Assembly: GCA_011364985.1 (NCBI GenBank)
Contig: RDOC01000003.1
Location: forward strand, 1-64,000
DNA: 64,000 bases
From: Candidatus Thorarchaeota archaeon
GTDB taxonomy: Archaea > Asgardarchaeota > Thorarchaeia > Thorarchaeales > Thorarchaeaceae
Direction of reading: 5' to 3'
The notes beneath the pieces were generated by a model. The model was not told the origin of the DNA and did not search any database. It was given only the letters and a program-made list of their open reading frames with translations. Shown here piece after piece: positions 50,693-60,738 of the stretch. The translations under genes were made by a program, and so were the position numbers. Each line of letters opens with the position of its first letter. Position 1 is the first letter of the stretch.

Positions 50693-50941
50693 CGCTCCTA
50701 CAATATAAAGTTCTGACCTGTTCAGTCAGTGGAGTTCATTCGCAACCTTGTGCTTGCAAGACTGTATTGAACTCCTACAATTAGTAGGTATGAAACAATA
50801 TAAAGTTATGAAGCAATTTAAATAAACGAAAAGTTGAATTAGTCAGTCCATTCCTTCTTTATCAAAATCTAAGTAGAAAAAGATTTAATCTGCTTTTGAT
50901 ATAGTCACAAAAAAGTCTATAGTTTTCTACACGAAAGGAGA

Positions 50942-53900
50942 GTGGCGCGCATGAGAGGGAGCCGCGGCCCTCAGGTGAAACCGTATCCGAAACATCCGAA
51001 CAGGGTGCTGGCACGAGCGATGAGGACAGGCTTATCCACGGCGGTATACCTGCAGCGAACCATCCGGAATAGAATCACCCGCCACCTGTACGATAGCTCC
51101 CGCGATATACTCCACAGGTACACCGAGGCTTACCAAATCGCGAAGGCCTCGGGCGTGCCGGACTTCACCCACATCATAAAAGCGGAACACAACATCAGGA
51201 AGAACGGCTTGGACATGCTGGAGGAGAACGCAGCCCTCTACGGGTGCACAGAAACAGTGCGGGCGCGACGCTGGTACGAGGAAGTGGGCCCCCTGAACCA
51301 GCGGCTCAATGTCGGGGGCGCGGTGCTGCGGGAGATGGGTGCAATCTACTACCCTATGGAGCGGCCGCAGCCGCTCTTCGACGACAACGGCGAACACATC
51401 GGTTACGGCTATCCTGGTGACTCACGCTGGCCTGCCTATCCTCCTGTTCACCGGTTCCTGAGCGAGCTGGACTTCATGGACGCCCTCCGCCAGCACATCC
51501 AAATTCTAAACACCGATGCGTACATCCACGATGTGTCGGTTCGGGACATACGCCGATACAGCAACCTCCTTATCCTCCGTGCACGAACCTACCTTGACTA
51601 CCTGTACACCGAGCACGAGTATGGCTCGGCAGGGTTCAGAAACGGGACGGTCCGCCTGCTGCGGGAAATCCGCAATGATATCTCCAAGCACCATAGTGTC
51701 CGTGTAGGCGAACTGGAATCCGTGTCGTTGCATGGTAGACATACACGTCTAGTCTTCAGCATAGACTTTTTCAAAGAGCAGCTGGCAAAGGCTCGGGAGA
51801 GCGGTATCAATCCAGCTGTGACTGAGGAGCTTTCACGAATCCTGACCGGTGGGTCTGCGGTCTTGGAGGAGGAAGGGAAGGAAGCTCCCTGCCTAACCAG
51901 TGACGATGTGAAACACTTGTGGGAGAGGGCTGTGCGAAGGACAAAGAAGGTGGGAGCCCACGTTCACAGGCGCATTACCGATATGTTCGACCGGTTTCTG
52001 AATGTGCAGAGGGCCATCCGCAACGATGACCGCGATAGTTTTGGAGGTGGTTTCAGGATTGTCGCAGAGATGCCACTGGGAACCGAACTGGGGAAAGGCA
52101 GAGCGGATCTGGTGGTGTTCAGGAGGGAAACCGCGCCCGCAGGTCTACGTACCCTCTGGCGCCCAGTAATGGTGGTGGAGATTAAGAGCCGCTGTGGGTT
52201 CAAGTGGTATATGGTGCCTGAACGAAGGTCTTCTCTATCCAGGAAGAGGTACGGAATGGTGCAGCGGGTGGTCCCACGGTTCAGGCTCTCTCTGCGCCCT
52301 CTCAGTCCCAGCGAGTGGGAGCAGGTCGTCGATGGCATTCCCGAGCCGAACACTGTGATCCAGCTCGATACCTATGCGGAAGCCCTGTCTGAAGCCTTCG
52401 GGTCGATTGCGCATCTTGACAGTCCTCCGAGAGTGATTCGGGCAACACTCGTCATTGACCCCACCGATGAGAACAGAAAGAGCAGGTCTATGATACAGAG
52501 TTTCCTCCTGAGTGCTCTTGAATCTTGCCTGACGGAGGACCTGTCCCAAAGCAGGACCGCCTATAATGTTTCGAGAGATGGACTCAGACCACGCATGGCA
52601 CTCGTGGTCCATAGTCAGGAATACTCTCCAAACTACGGACAACCGCAGGTGCCACAGGAATGGAAACCGCCCTATGACCCACTGATTGGTGCTGGCACCA
52701 GAGCCCGACGCTTCATTCTCTATGTTTCCGCGGCGTCTCCAACGTCAGCAGGGCTTTCGGCCGCTTGGATTGCAAGACACCATCACGGTTTGCAGACAAT
52801 CCATGAGTTTCGAGAGGCGTCTCCTGACCTGCGTGTTTTTTGGCTTGACATGGCCAATGAGTTCCCAACGCCCACTCTCGCGGAGGCGAGGTTGCGGGCT
52901 CGAGGACGGGAGGCTGAGAACAGTCTGTCAGACGCTGTCAAAGTAACTTTCCGCTCCATAGAGTTCAAACAGCTTTTTGCTGATATCCAGACGTATCTCT
53001 ACAGCGACGGCCCGATGGTGGACCTGTCGGCTGTATTGGGAGACCAAGTGAAACAGCCCCGCATGCTTGTTGTGTCAGGCTGGGACATTATTGACAGCTC
53101 AACGCCCTCACCCTACCGAACCCGCATGAACAGACTGCTGGCTGAGATAGTAGACCAATTGCCTGATGATGAGCAAACCATCATCCTGTGGCTTTCAAGG
53201 CCGGTGAAATATGAGAGAAGAACACCAATCTACTCAACCAATTGTTTCATCCCTGTTCGGGACACCTCTCCCCTCCTAGGCGAACTGGATGAAATCATCT
53301 GGAATCTGCCATGCGGACCTGAGCAAGTCATCTATCCTGATTCTTGGCAGCGCCCGTCCACCTCCAAAAGCCCCATGTTTGATGATATCAGGATCGTGGT
53401 TGCCCAGTCTCTTCAAGGGTTCGAAACCTCGCTCATCCATATCCCGGCTCTCAGACATTGGTCTGCCAAATTCAGAACCGAAGAATACAATCACTCCAAG
53501 AAAGAGATACCGGAACCACGGGAACATGCCGTGCCCGGGGCAGGGATACGAGAGAGAATCAGGTCGCTGGCATTGACCCTAATTCCCTGGTTGGTTGACC
53601 TGTGGCCCGATACACATCTTTCACCTGATGTGAACCTTTCCGATTCTCTCCGTAACTCCTTAGATGAGATTCACGACTCTGCAGAAGGCCTGACAGTTAC
53701 AAGACGTTCTCTCTCCCGCGAACCCACAGATGTCCCAAGCCTGTTGAATAGACTACAGTATCGTCCTCCCCGAACAAGAGGAGGCAAGGCATTTGCCGAC
53801 ATCTTTCTCGGACAGATCAATGCTCACCGACTATATCGTGCTCGCCAGCAGAGCAAGTCCAAACCGAGGCCCTCATATCCTAAGACTTTCGAGCCCCCCA

Positions 53901-55519
53901 AGCTTAGGATTGCTAGCTTTGGCCAGATGGTCTGCTCAGAGGACGCTGACCAGCCGCTCTACATAGTGGCATTGGAGGACCCAGAGAATCCTGCCAGAGT
54001 TCTTGTGGGATTCCTAAACAGCTACGTACAGATTCGCACTGACGGACTGCAGTGGGCTGAGAGTCGTATCTCGGAGCAGGTAGATGATATCCAGCAGGTC
54101 ATGAGCTCAGGCCATCGTTTCTCACTGGCTCTTCAGCAAGACGACGAAGGCTGGCTGCTCTGGCAGAAGGACTCAGAGAGATCAGATTGGACTTTTGAAA
54201 GCACTATTGACATCATTAGGGGAAGAACGATTGGCTCGACCGCAATGATTCGGGCAATCAGGTACCTTCCCTCCTCCGACTCCGTGACTCAATATACCAG
54301 TGACATTCGCTTTCCCGCGAATCTGACCGGCCGACTCGACAAGGCTGTCGCTCGCATCTTGAAACATATTCGGCAGCAGAAGGAGGTTTCAGTCAAGCTG
54401 TCGTGGACGGATAATGGCTGCACGGTGGACTTCAAGACCGGGGATGATGTGCTGGACACAGTAGAACATCTCTATACCTCCAATCTTGTCGAAACCTTAA
54501 CTCTCACACGAGGAGGGTTTCCAGTGAACCTCTCATCGGGCCATCTAGTCGTTTGGGATCGGTTTCGTGACATTGACTATGGAGAAGTATCTCTCCTGAT
54601 AGATGTAAGTCAGACTTTTATTCCAGCTACGACCGAGATTGGTTTGCCTGCAAAACTCTCAGATCTGTTGTGCCTTCCCGAGGGAGAGGAGCTTGAGTTC
54701 CAGCTCTCGCACGAGCGAGATGAATGTCCGCTCTTCTCAGGACAAGGAGAAGACCATGGCAGGTGCTGGCGACTCTCTCTTGTGGGTGAGAATGAGGCGG
54801 TATCCAGGATTTTTTGTGGTTTCCTTACAGACCGAGAGGTATTCCTCCGCATCGGCTCCAAGAGTGTGGTGTTCGGGTCGAAGGTTTACCCAATCAAGGT
54901 AGATGTTCCATCAGCACTGCAACAGGAGGGTATGGTTTTTCGGGAGAGTCCACTCATTCGCAAGATACTCCAGAGGAACGGTGTTCGGGCGTCTCCACTG
55001 AAACCAGGAGCGTATCTACAGGCCGCCCAGCAAGAGTGGGAGATATCTGTAACTATCAGGGATGACTGGCTGACGTGGGTTGCAGTATCCACTCTAACAG
55101 GAGAAAATTGGAAGAACCGAGCTTTCACCTACGAACTGCAAGTTGTCCGAGAGCTCTCCGATATCTTGGATGAGCTCTGGGGATATATCATATCGGAGAT
55201 TCCCGAAAAGTTCATTCATAATTCAGAACTCCAAAAAGCCAGATTGAGAGGCATTCTTGAGAAACGAGGCCTGAGTGATGCCTTACTGCAAGTCAGGCTG
55301 GAAGCGACCATGAAACGGAGAATCCTCACTGTGGAAGCGCGACGAACAGGGAATGGTGATGAGATGATTGACAGCATTTCGTGGGAACTCCCACGTAGAG
55401 TCAAGGGGGACCATCTCATAGACAGTATTGTGCAACGCCTGGAGGAGGGTACATGGGCAAGATTCGACGTAGTGAATAAAGAGGAATTCTTCGAAACACT
55501 AGACCGGCTTCTTGATTGA
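50942..55519 (+). CDS. 1525-aa protein with a PD-(D/E)xK nuclease domain and a degenerate RecA-like domain
   Basis: AEMPL...GRADLVVF (D389), VVEIKS (E413/K415), QLDTYA; later VFWLDMANEF and MLVVSGWD. Confidence 0.65.
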   Translation: MARMRGSRGPQVKPYPKHPNRVLARAMRTGLSTAVYLQRTIRNRITRHLYDSSRDILHRYTEAYQIAKASGVPDFTHIIKAEHNIRKNGLDMLEENAALYGCTETVRARRWYEEVGPLNQRLNVGGAVLREMGAIYYPMERPQPLFDDNGEHIGYGYPGDSRWPAYPPVHRFLSELDFMDALRQHIQILNTDAYIHDVSVRDIRRYSNLLILRARTYLDYLYTEHEYGSAGFRNGTVRLLREIRNDISKHHSVRVGELESVSLHGRHTRLVFSIDFFKEQLAKARESGINPAVTEELSRILTGGSAVLEEEGKEAPCLTSDDVKHLWERAVRRTKKVGAHVHRRITDMFDRFLNVQRAIRNDDRDSFGGGFRIVAEMPLGTELGKGRADLVVFRRETAPAGLRTLWRPVMVVEIKSRCGFKWYMVPERRSSLSRKRYGMVQRVVPRFRLSLRPLSPSEWEQVVDGIPEPNTVIQLDTYAEALSEAFGSIAHLDSPPRVIRATLVIDPTDENRKSRSMIQSFLLSALESCLTEDLSQSRTAYNVSRDGLRPRMALVVHSQEYSPNYGQPQVPQEWKPPYDPLIGAGTRARRFILYVSAASPTSAGLSAAWIARHHHGLQTIHEFREASPDLRVFWLDMANEFPTPTLAEARLRARGREAENSLSDAVKVTFRSIEFKQLFADIQTYLYSDGPMVDLSAVLGDQVKQPRMLVVSGWDIIDSSTPSPYRTRMNRLLAEIVDQLPDDEQTIILWLSRPVKYERRTPIYSTNCFIPVRDTSPLLGELDEIIWNLPCGPEQVIYPDSWQRPSTSKSPMFDDIRIVVAQSLQGFETSLIHIPALRHWSAKFRTEEYNHSKKEIPEPREHAVPGAGIRERIRSLALTLIPWLVDLWPDTHLSPDVNLSDSLRNSLDEIHDSAEGLTVTRRSLSREPTDVPSLLNRLQYRPPRTRGGKAFADIFLGQINAHRLYRARQQSKSKPRPSYPKTFEPPKLRIASFGQMVCSEDADQPLYIVALEDPENPARVLVGFLNSYVQIRTDGLQWAESRISEQVDDIQQVMSSGHRFSLALQQDDEGWLLWQKDSERSDWTFESTIDIIRGRTIGSTAMIRAIRYLPSSDSVTQYTSDIRFPANLTGRLDKAVARILKHIRQQKEVSVKLSWTDNGCTVDFKTGDDVLDTVEHLYTSNLVETLTLTRGGFPVNLSSGHLVVWDRFRDIDYGEVSLLIDVSQTFIPATTEIGLPAKLSDLLCLPEGEELEFQLSHERDECPLFSGQGEDHGRCWRLSLVGENEAVSRIFCGFLTDREVFLRIGSKSVVFGSKVYPIKVDVPSALQQEGMVFRESPLIRKILQRNGVRASPLKPGAYLQAAQQEWEISVTIRDDWLTWVAVSTLTGENWKNRAFTYELQVVRELSDILDELWGYIISEIPEKFIHNSELQKARLRGILEKRGLSDALLQVRLEATMKRRILTVEARRTGNGDEMIDSISWELPRRVKGDHLIDSIVQRLEEGTWARFDVVNKEEFFETLDRLLD

Positions 55520-55550
55520 GAGCAGTTCAGGTGGTCGCCTCCAAACCTGC

Positions 55551-55581
55551 GACCCGGGTTCGAATCCTGGTGGCGGCACCA
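55551..55581 (+). repeat. tRNA-Gly 3' direct repeat (att-like)
   Basis: GACCCGGGTTCGAATCCTGGTGGCGGCACCA. Confidence 0.8.
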
Positions 55582-55595
55582 TTCTTAATATCCTG

Positions 55596-58541
55596 TTACA
55601 TGTAGAATCTATAATGTCCTTGAACTTCTTTTCCTTCAGGAATCTCAGAAAGAACAGCTCCTACTTTTTCTGGGAATATTATCGTTATTGGCAACTTATC
55701 TCCAAAACTAGATGTATTCCAATTGATTTTTGTCAGCTTTAAAATCTCACTCGCAACAAAATCCATCTCTGAGTCACAATCGAGATCAAGTAGTAGTGGT
55801 CTCGGAACTCTTGGACCTGGATAAGTCCTCAATCTAGGTATGTAACCTGAAGTGTACAGAAGACATTGTTTCTCATTTATTTTTATCATCGTTCCTCTTA
55901 ACACTGGATATTTACCAGTTCTTACAAAGCGGAAACCATGTACCCGTCCAATACTAATAAAATCAGCAGAAGCTCGACCTATAGCATTGAGAAATCCTTG
56001 ACGTTCATCAGAGTTGAATCTGGATAATTTATGTATGACCACTCTTGCAGGCTTTGTTCTTGATTTGAGCGTATAGGTTTCAATTGCTCTGTTAAGTAGG
56101 TCAAATGCGCTATCCTTTTGAAGATGAACCTCTTTTGATTTTTTGTCAACTTCTACCTTTGCCCCTTGGAGCACAAAACCGTCACCGCTATGGGTAAAGA
56201 CCTGCGCCATTGACGCCTTTAAATTGCCTAAAGGGTCATCTCTCCTCGAATAAAATGCAATTCCAACATAACAAGTATCCTGTTCTAGTTTTGCTAGTCT
56301 CCATGGTTTCCCATTTGCCTTGTAATACATGGCAGTAGAGAAATTCCAACTAAATGTCGCTGGATTTTGAACCAAGTCTGCTCTTCGTGGATAATCTAAT
56401 ATTGCTCTACCATTTCTTTCGATTAGCAATTGCACAGGAATTCCATAATCCATCACAGCTCCCTTAATTGCATCATGCAAATCAAAACTTCGAAGGTCTG
56501 GTTCTGCAAAATCGAAATCAACAAGTGTGGTCTGCCCTTCCTCTTTGGCCTTAGCGAAATCTTTCTCCTCTTTAGTATATCGAGGCCTTTTGGCCCATCT
56601 GGTTTTTTTACTTATTCCACAATAATCATCAATTGCATCTGGAACTATACACAATATCACATCCGGACGGTTATCTTCTATTGCAATTGATTTCACTTTG
56701 TCATGATACAACTCAACTGCAGCATGAATACGTTCGTGAACACTTTGTATTGAAATGATTCTATCGACCTCTGATTGCGTTATTGTTTCGTTCCAAGAAT
56801 TTGAGTACTTGAACTGGCAGTTAACAGGTGAATCAGTATTAAAACCAGGATAACTAGGAAACAAGAATTTATTTTCACTTGGGCAGGCAATTTCCTGACC
56901 TAGCAAATCTATGATGTTTTTTGCAACTTCGCGTCCAGATCCAGTACCAATTATACCTAATCTGACTTGACCAATAGGCTCTTCATCTTTGGCATGATAC
57001 GGTCCAAAATACTTCAGTCCAATTCTCGGGTCTTCCTCTTCCCTCTGCCCTCCAAAAAGTAGTTTTGGTTCTTCGATAAACTGTGACTTGAATTCTGTAC
57101 CTACACTCTCCCTATCAAATGCTAGAGGCCCTTCTTTTTGTTCCTTTGCAGGTGTATCTCCATCAATCCCTATATCCATATACGCACGAATGAATTCTGA
57201 AGAGATGGTGATTCGATTTTCAGTGAGAATCTCACCATTTTCATCTTCAGTTATTACTTGACCAAATACAATATGTCCGAATTCATCTTTAGGTAGTTTT
57301 GACCTCCAGAATTTCAAATCGTTATGATAGCTACTGTTGTATCTAAGTCTAAGGAGTCTGGTTATTGCAGTCCCGTCAATTAGATTATGTACAGGAGTTA
57401 CACCATCATTTGTTAGTACAATACTAGGTTCGACTTTCAGATAATATTGATTATTTATCCATTGAAACTGCAGTGACACTGACCAATGCCGCCATCTATA
57501 TGATGTCACTTGACTCACGTAGAATTTCCTTACAACTTTGCGGGGCTTTCGGGAACTTCCATCTCCCCACCCTTCGTAGCATACCTCGTCCTTACAGGTA
57601 TAGAAAAGAGCACGAGGTCGTGATTCTGAATCAAGAACCATTCTTTTCTTCTTCATTGCTGCAGTTGCTTCAATGTTAAGAAGATGGGTTATTAGGTTCC
57701 TCCCATCATCACTTTGAACTAGTATTTCAGTATCTATCTTTTCTTGGCTATCTGGAACAATGTAGTCTTGAAGCTTATGCTCATCAAACCTACAAAATGA
57801 ATGAAGACGCCTACCCTGTTTTGTAAATGGTTTATCACCTGTTCTAGAAAGTGGAAAATCATCAGTTTCAATTCGGACGGTATAGACAGTTTTTGGTATT
57901 TCTAAAACTTTCAGTAAATTGCCAAAAATGACCTCTTCTACTTGGTCGGGCCTACCAGTTAACAAGGACATTCGATGTTGATCTAGCTTTATTCTTTTCT
58001 CAATCTCTCTATGCTCTTTATCATTGGCTACAATACTTTGAGTGCCTCGTCTTGTCAGAACATCGTTCCTTCTGAAAGCATACTTTCTCTTTCCATCTTT
58101 TATGTAAATTCCATCCTTAATCGGTTTTAGAACTGACGTTGAAGGGGGAACATAAACTACAGCAAATTGTTTTGCTAATATCACACCCTTTTCTTCAACA
58201 TGTCTTTCAAATAATCTAAAACCTAATTCGATCTTTTCAGAACTAAAGGAATTGAATTTTTCTTGGAGCTGTGCTTGATCAATCTGTATCCTTTCATCTA
58301 AGCCGACAGGAATGATTTTCTTTTTCTTATCCAAAAATCCAAAGAGAATCCAACCTGAGCCTTTGTTTGCCATAGCAAAGATGTGTTTCGCAAGTTTCGC
58401 AAAATCGGATTGCTGAGATATATCTATGGTGAGTTTGAAATCAATGTGTGGTTCCTCAGACATTTTATCCCAGATTAGATCTAACATTAAATCTCCTAAT
58501 GGATCAGGATGAATCTCATTATCTCCATGAATAACTACCAT
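55596..58541 (-). CDS. Schlafen/AlbA_2 - APAZ-like - short Argonaute (MID-PIWI, inactive) fusion
   Basis: EEPHIDFK..IFAMANKGSGWILFG (AlbA_2); FIEEPKLLFG at ~aa 488; YYKANGKPW, YVGIAFY, VVIHK, RGT, YPGPRVPRP, LTKINWN, LPITI, C-terminal RFYM. Confidence 0.9.
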   Translation of the reverse strand: MVVIHGDNEIHPDPLGDLMLDLIWDKMSEEPHIDFKLTIDISQQSDFAKLAKHIFAMANKGSGWILFGFLDKKKKIIPVGLDERIQIDQAQLQEKFNSFSSEKIELGFRLFERHVEEKGVILAKQFAVVYVPPSTSVLKPIKDGIYIKDGKRKYAFRRNDVLTRRGTQSIVANDKEHREIEKRIKLDQHRMSLLTGRPDQVEEVIFGNLLKVLEIPKTVYTVRIETDDFPLSRTGDKPFTKQGRRLHSFCRFDEHKLQDYIVPDSQEKIDTEILVQSDDGRNLITHLLNIEATAAMKKKRMVLDSESRPRALFYTCKDEVCYEGWGDGSSRKPRKVVRKFYVSQVTSYRWRHWSVSLQFQWINNQYYLKVEPSIVLTNDGVTPVHNLIDGTAITRLLRLRYNSSYHNDLKFWRSKLPKDEFGHIVFGQVITEDENGEILTENRITISSEFIRAYMDIGIDGDTPAKEQKEGPLAFDRESVGTEFKSQFIEEPKLLFGGQREEEDPRIGLKYFGPYHAKDEEPIGQVRLGIIGTGSGREVAKNIIDLLGQEIACPSENKFLFPSYPGFNTDSPVNCQFKYSNSWNETITQSEVDRIISIQSVHERIHAAVELYHDKVKSIAIEDNRPDVILCIVPDAIDDYCGISKKTRWAKRPRYTKEEKDFAKAKEEGQTTLVDFDFAEPDLRSFDLHDAIKGAVMDYGIPVQLLIERNGRAILDYPRRADLVQNPATFSWNFSTAMYYKANGKPWRLAKLEQDTCYVGIAFYSRRDDPLGNLKASMAQVFTHSGDGFVLQGAKVEVDKKSKEVHLQKDSAFDLLNRAIETYTLKSRTKPARVVIHKLSRFNSDERQGFLNAIGRASADFISIGRVHGFRFVRTGKYPVLRGTMIKINEKQCLLYTSGYIPRLRTYPGPRVPRPLLLDLDCDSEMDFVASEILKLTKINWNTSSFGDKLPITIIFPEKVGAVLSEIPEGKEVQGHYRFYM

Positions 58542-58663
58542 AATATCTCAACTATCTTCTTTGTATAATGCATCCCCCTCAAGCGCGCAATGCAAATACA
58601 GAACTACTTCATGTATATAGCCTAATCAAGTTTATTCTAATTCTAAGTATTAATTGGAATCAT

Positions 58664-58694
58664 GACCCGGGTTCGAATCCCGGTGGCCGCACCA
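58664..58694 (+). repeat. tRNA-Gly 3' direct repeat (right island boundary)
   Basis: GACCCGGGTTCGAATCCCGGTGGCCGCACCA; housekeeping genes resume immediately afterwards. Confidence 0.85.
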
Positions 58695-58701
58695 CTATCT
58701 T

Positions 58702-59430
58702 CTAGACACTGTGGTATCTCTTGTCAATTACATGGGATTTCCAAGAATAGGTCCATATCACTTCCGCGCAGACATGCCAAGCCATCATAACCTCCCTATC
58801 TAGCTCTATGCGTTCATCGAAGAACTGAGCGATTTCTTTGTCAAATTCGCCGTGTGGAAAGGCTCCAACACCAACAATCATTGGTGTTGCATTACTGTCA
58901 GGAAGAAGCCTGCAGAGATCGTTCATCGTGGTATGTCTGCCCCCCTCCACGAAAAGGACAGTTTGTGGCGTTGGACCAGAGGCTTTGAGCTCGTGCAGTA
59001 AGTCAGGTAACCGTTTTGATGTGATACGCATCAAAGGCTTGCTGTCCACCGGGACTTGTCTCTTTTCCAGAAGCTGCTCAAAGAGACCAATGAATCTATC
59101 ATAGCTTCTGGGCAGTCTGGTCTCAGGTGAAACCTCCACTATTCGCCCATCCTGTAGATGTAGATGAATGGTGAGAAGACCTTCCTTGCAGAGGGGAGTT
59201 TCGAGCATCGAGAGCATGCTTAGATATGTAATGTCGGGTCGGCCTCGTCTCGAGTGATTATCTAACCTAACCATCACCTGGCCATGCTGGGTCTGGTCCA
59301 GAAGCAATTGATTGGGCTTTTTCTTCTTCTTAGCTGCATATCTTTGAATGGCCTTGGTTGCGGTCAGCTCTTTTGGAATGAGTTCTATTGCACAGTCTAG
59401 AAGAATGACATGAAGCACGGAATTCACCAT
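58702..59430 (-). CDS. nep1: SSU rRNA pseudouridine N1-methyltransferase Nep1/Emg1
   Basis: RGRPDI, RLPRSYDRFIGLFEQL, VGAFPHGEF. Confidence 0.93.
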   Translation of the reverse strand: MVNSVLHVILLDCAIELIPKELTATKAIQRYAAKKKKKPNQLLLDQTQHGQVMVRLDNHSRRGRPDITYLSMLSMLETPLCKEGLLTIHLHLQDGRIVEVSPETRLPRSYDRFIGLFEQLLEKRQVPVDSKPLMRITSKRLPDLLHELKASGPTPQTVLFVEGGRHTTMNDLCRLLPDSNATPMIVGVGAFPHGEFDKEIAQFFDERIELDREVMMAWHVCAEVIWTYSWKSHVIDKRYHSV

Positions 59431-59493
59431 GGAAAGACAAAACACGAACGATTTAAGGTATATCACACATCCATGCTTTAGCGAGGATTGCAT

Positions 59494-59811
59494 GTGCCTA
59501 GACGAAGATCTCCACGAACACAGGTACGAAATCTGGCCAAGGCAAGAATCAGTCTGCTTTGGAAGCAGGCCTCAGGAGATGCTCGGACAAGTCCTGAGCT
59601 TGCAAGACGGCAAATGGAAATCGCAAGCAAGGTGGCACAGAAGGCAAGAATAAAGATACCCCGCCACATTAAGCGTCAGCTCTGCAAGAGATGTGGACGC
59701 GTTCTCATTCCAGGAAGAAATTGTCGCGTTAGGGTGCGAAACAAAAGAGAGAGGCATGTCGTGGTGACATGTTTAGATTGTGGCGCAGTCAGAAGATTTC
59801 CGGTCAGATAA
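59494..59811 (+). CDS. rnp4: RNase P subunit Rpp21
   Basis: CKRC...PGRN..VR...TCLDCG.VRRFP. Confidence 0.93.
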   Translation: MPRRRSPRTQVRNLAKARISLLWKQASGDARTSPELARRQMEIASKVAQKARIKIPRHIKRQLCKRCGRVLIPGRNCRVRVRNKRERHVVVTCLDCGAVRRFPVR

Positions 59812-59859
59812 GAAGCTTAATGTGCATTACTTGGGAATCTCACTTGAAGGCTAGTATCG

Positions 59860-60132
59860 ATGCCCAAGAAACCGGACCCAACAAGAATAGGGATTGTCTG
59901 GCAAGAACCAGCAATGATGCAGATAGGAAAAGGAGGTATATCTGAAGGTGTCATTAAGGAAGCAACAAGGTTGCTTAAGAAACATAGATACATCAAGATT
60001 CGTCTACTCCGCACAGGAGGAGGCAGTACTCCATCCAGACAAGAGATCTTCGAGAAAATCTCTGCATCACTCGGAGCCAGGCTAGCGGGCGTAAGAGGAA
60101 ATACTGCTGTCATTTACAGACTGCGTGGATGA
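59860..60132 (+). CDS. YhbY/CRM RNA-binding protein
   Basis: QIGKGGI...IKIRLL...VRGNTAVIYR. Confidence 0.88.
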   Translation: MPKKPDPTRIGIVWQEPAMMQIGKGGISEGVIKEATRLLKKHRYIKIRLLRTGGGSTPSRQEIFEKISASLGARLAGVRGNTAVIYRLRG

Positions 60133-60255
60133 AAACCATTAGACCCATGAAAATCCTTTTATGCGGTCCCAAATTGTCGAGTCCAGCCTTCTGAGGTGGG
60201 CCATCGGCTTAGTCTAGATACGGTGACTCTCCTCTGCCTATATGGTGAAGTGCAA

Positions 60256-60708
60256 ATGCCTACAGTTTACGATATTCCACCAAGCGTTCTAATAAGACGA
60301 CTTGCACAGGACCTGAAGTCCAGAAACGAAATCATTGCCCCTGACTGGGCCGATTACGTGAAGACTGGTGCACATAAGGAAAGGGCTCCGGACGATTCGG
60401 ACTGGTGGTACATGAGATGCGCAAGTATTCTGAGAAAGGTCTACCTGAACGGGCCGATTGGCACGGAAAGGCTGCGAATTGCTTACGGTGGAAAACAAAA
60501 ACGTGGCTCTAAGCCAGCACATTTCAAAAAAGGAAGTGGAGCTATTGTCAGAACTGCTCTCCAGCAGCTTGAAAGGGCCGGATTCATCAAGAAACGTGGC
60601 AGCAAGGGCCGTGAAATGACAGATATTGGGCGATCCTACATGGACAAGCTGGCTGCTGGATTGAAAGACGAACTTGTACGAGCCATACCAGAGTTAGAGA
60701 AGTACTGA
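60256..60708 (+). CDS. rps19e: Ribosomal protein eS19
   Basis: VKTGAHKERAP, WWYMRCASILRK, GSGAIVRTALQQLE. Confidence 0.96.
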   Translation: MPTVYDIPPSVLIRRLAQDLKSRNEIIAPDWADYVKTGAHKERAPDDSDWWYMRCASILRKVYLNGPIGTERLRIAYGGKQKRGSKPAHFKKGSGAIVRTALQQLERAGFIKKRGSKGREMTDIGRSYMDKLAAGLKDELVRAIPELEKY

Positions 60709-60738
60709 TTGCTAGTCAAGCGTGGCGGGTGAGGTATT

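Larger units (their letters stand above)
44514..58694. mobile_element. Composite tRNA-Gly-associated defence island (no integrase visible)
   Basis: tRNA fragment repeats; nuclease, MTase and Argonaute content; abrupt composition shifts (49-55.5 kb GC-rich, 55.6-58.6 kb AT-rich). Confidence 0.7.

Noticed and set aside
44514-58694. Trans-spliced split tRNA-Gly from the 44514 and 58664 fragments
   Set aside because: No complementary leader/trailer sequences or BHB motif, and the anticodon arm is absent; an integration relic is simpler
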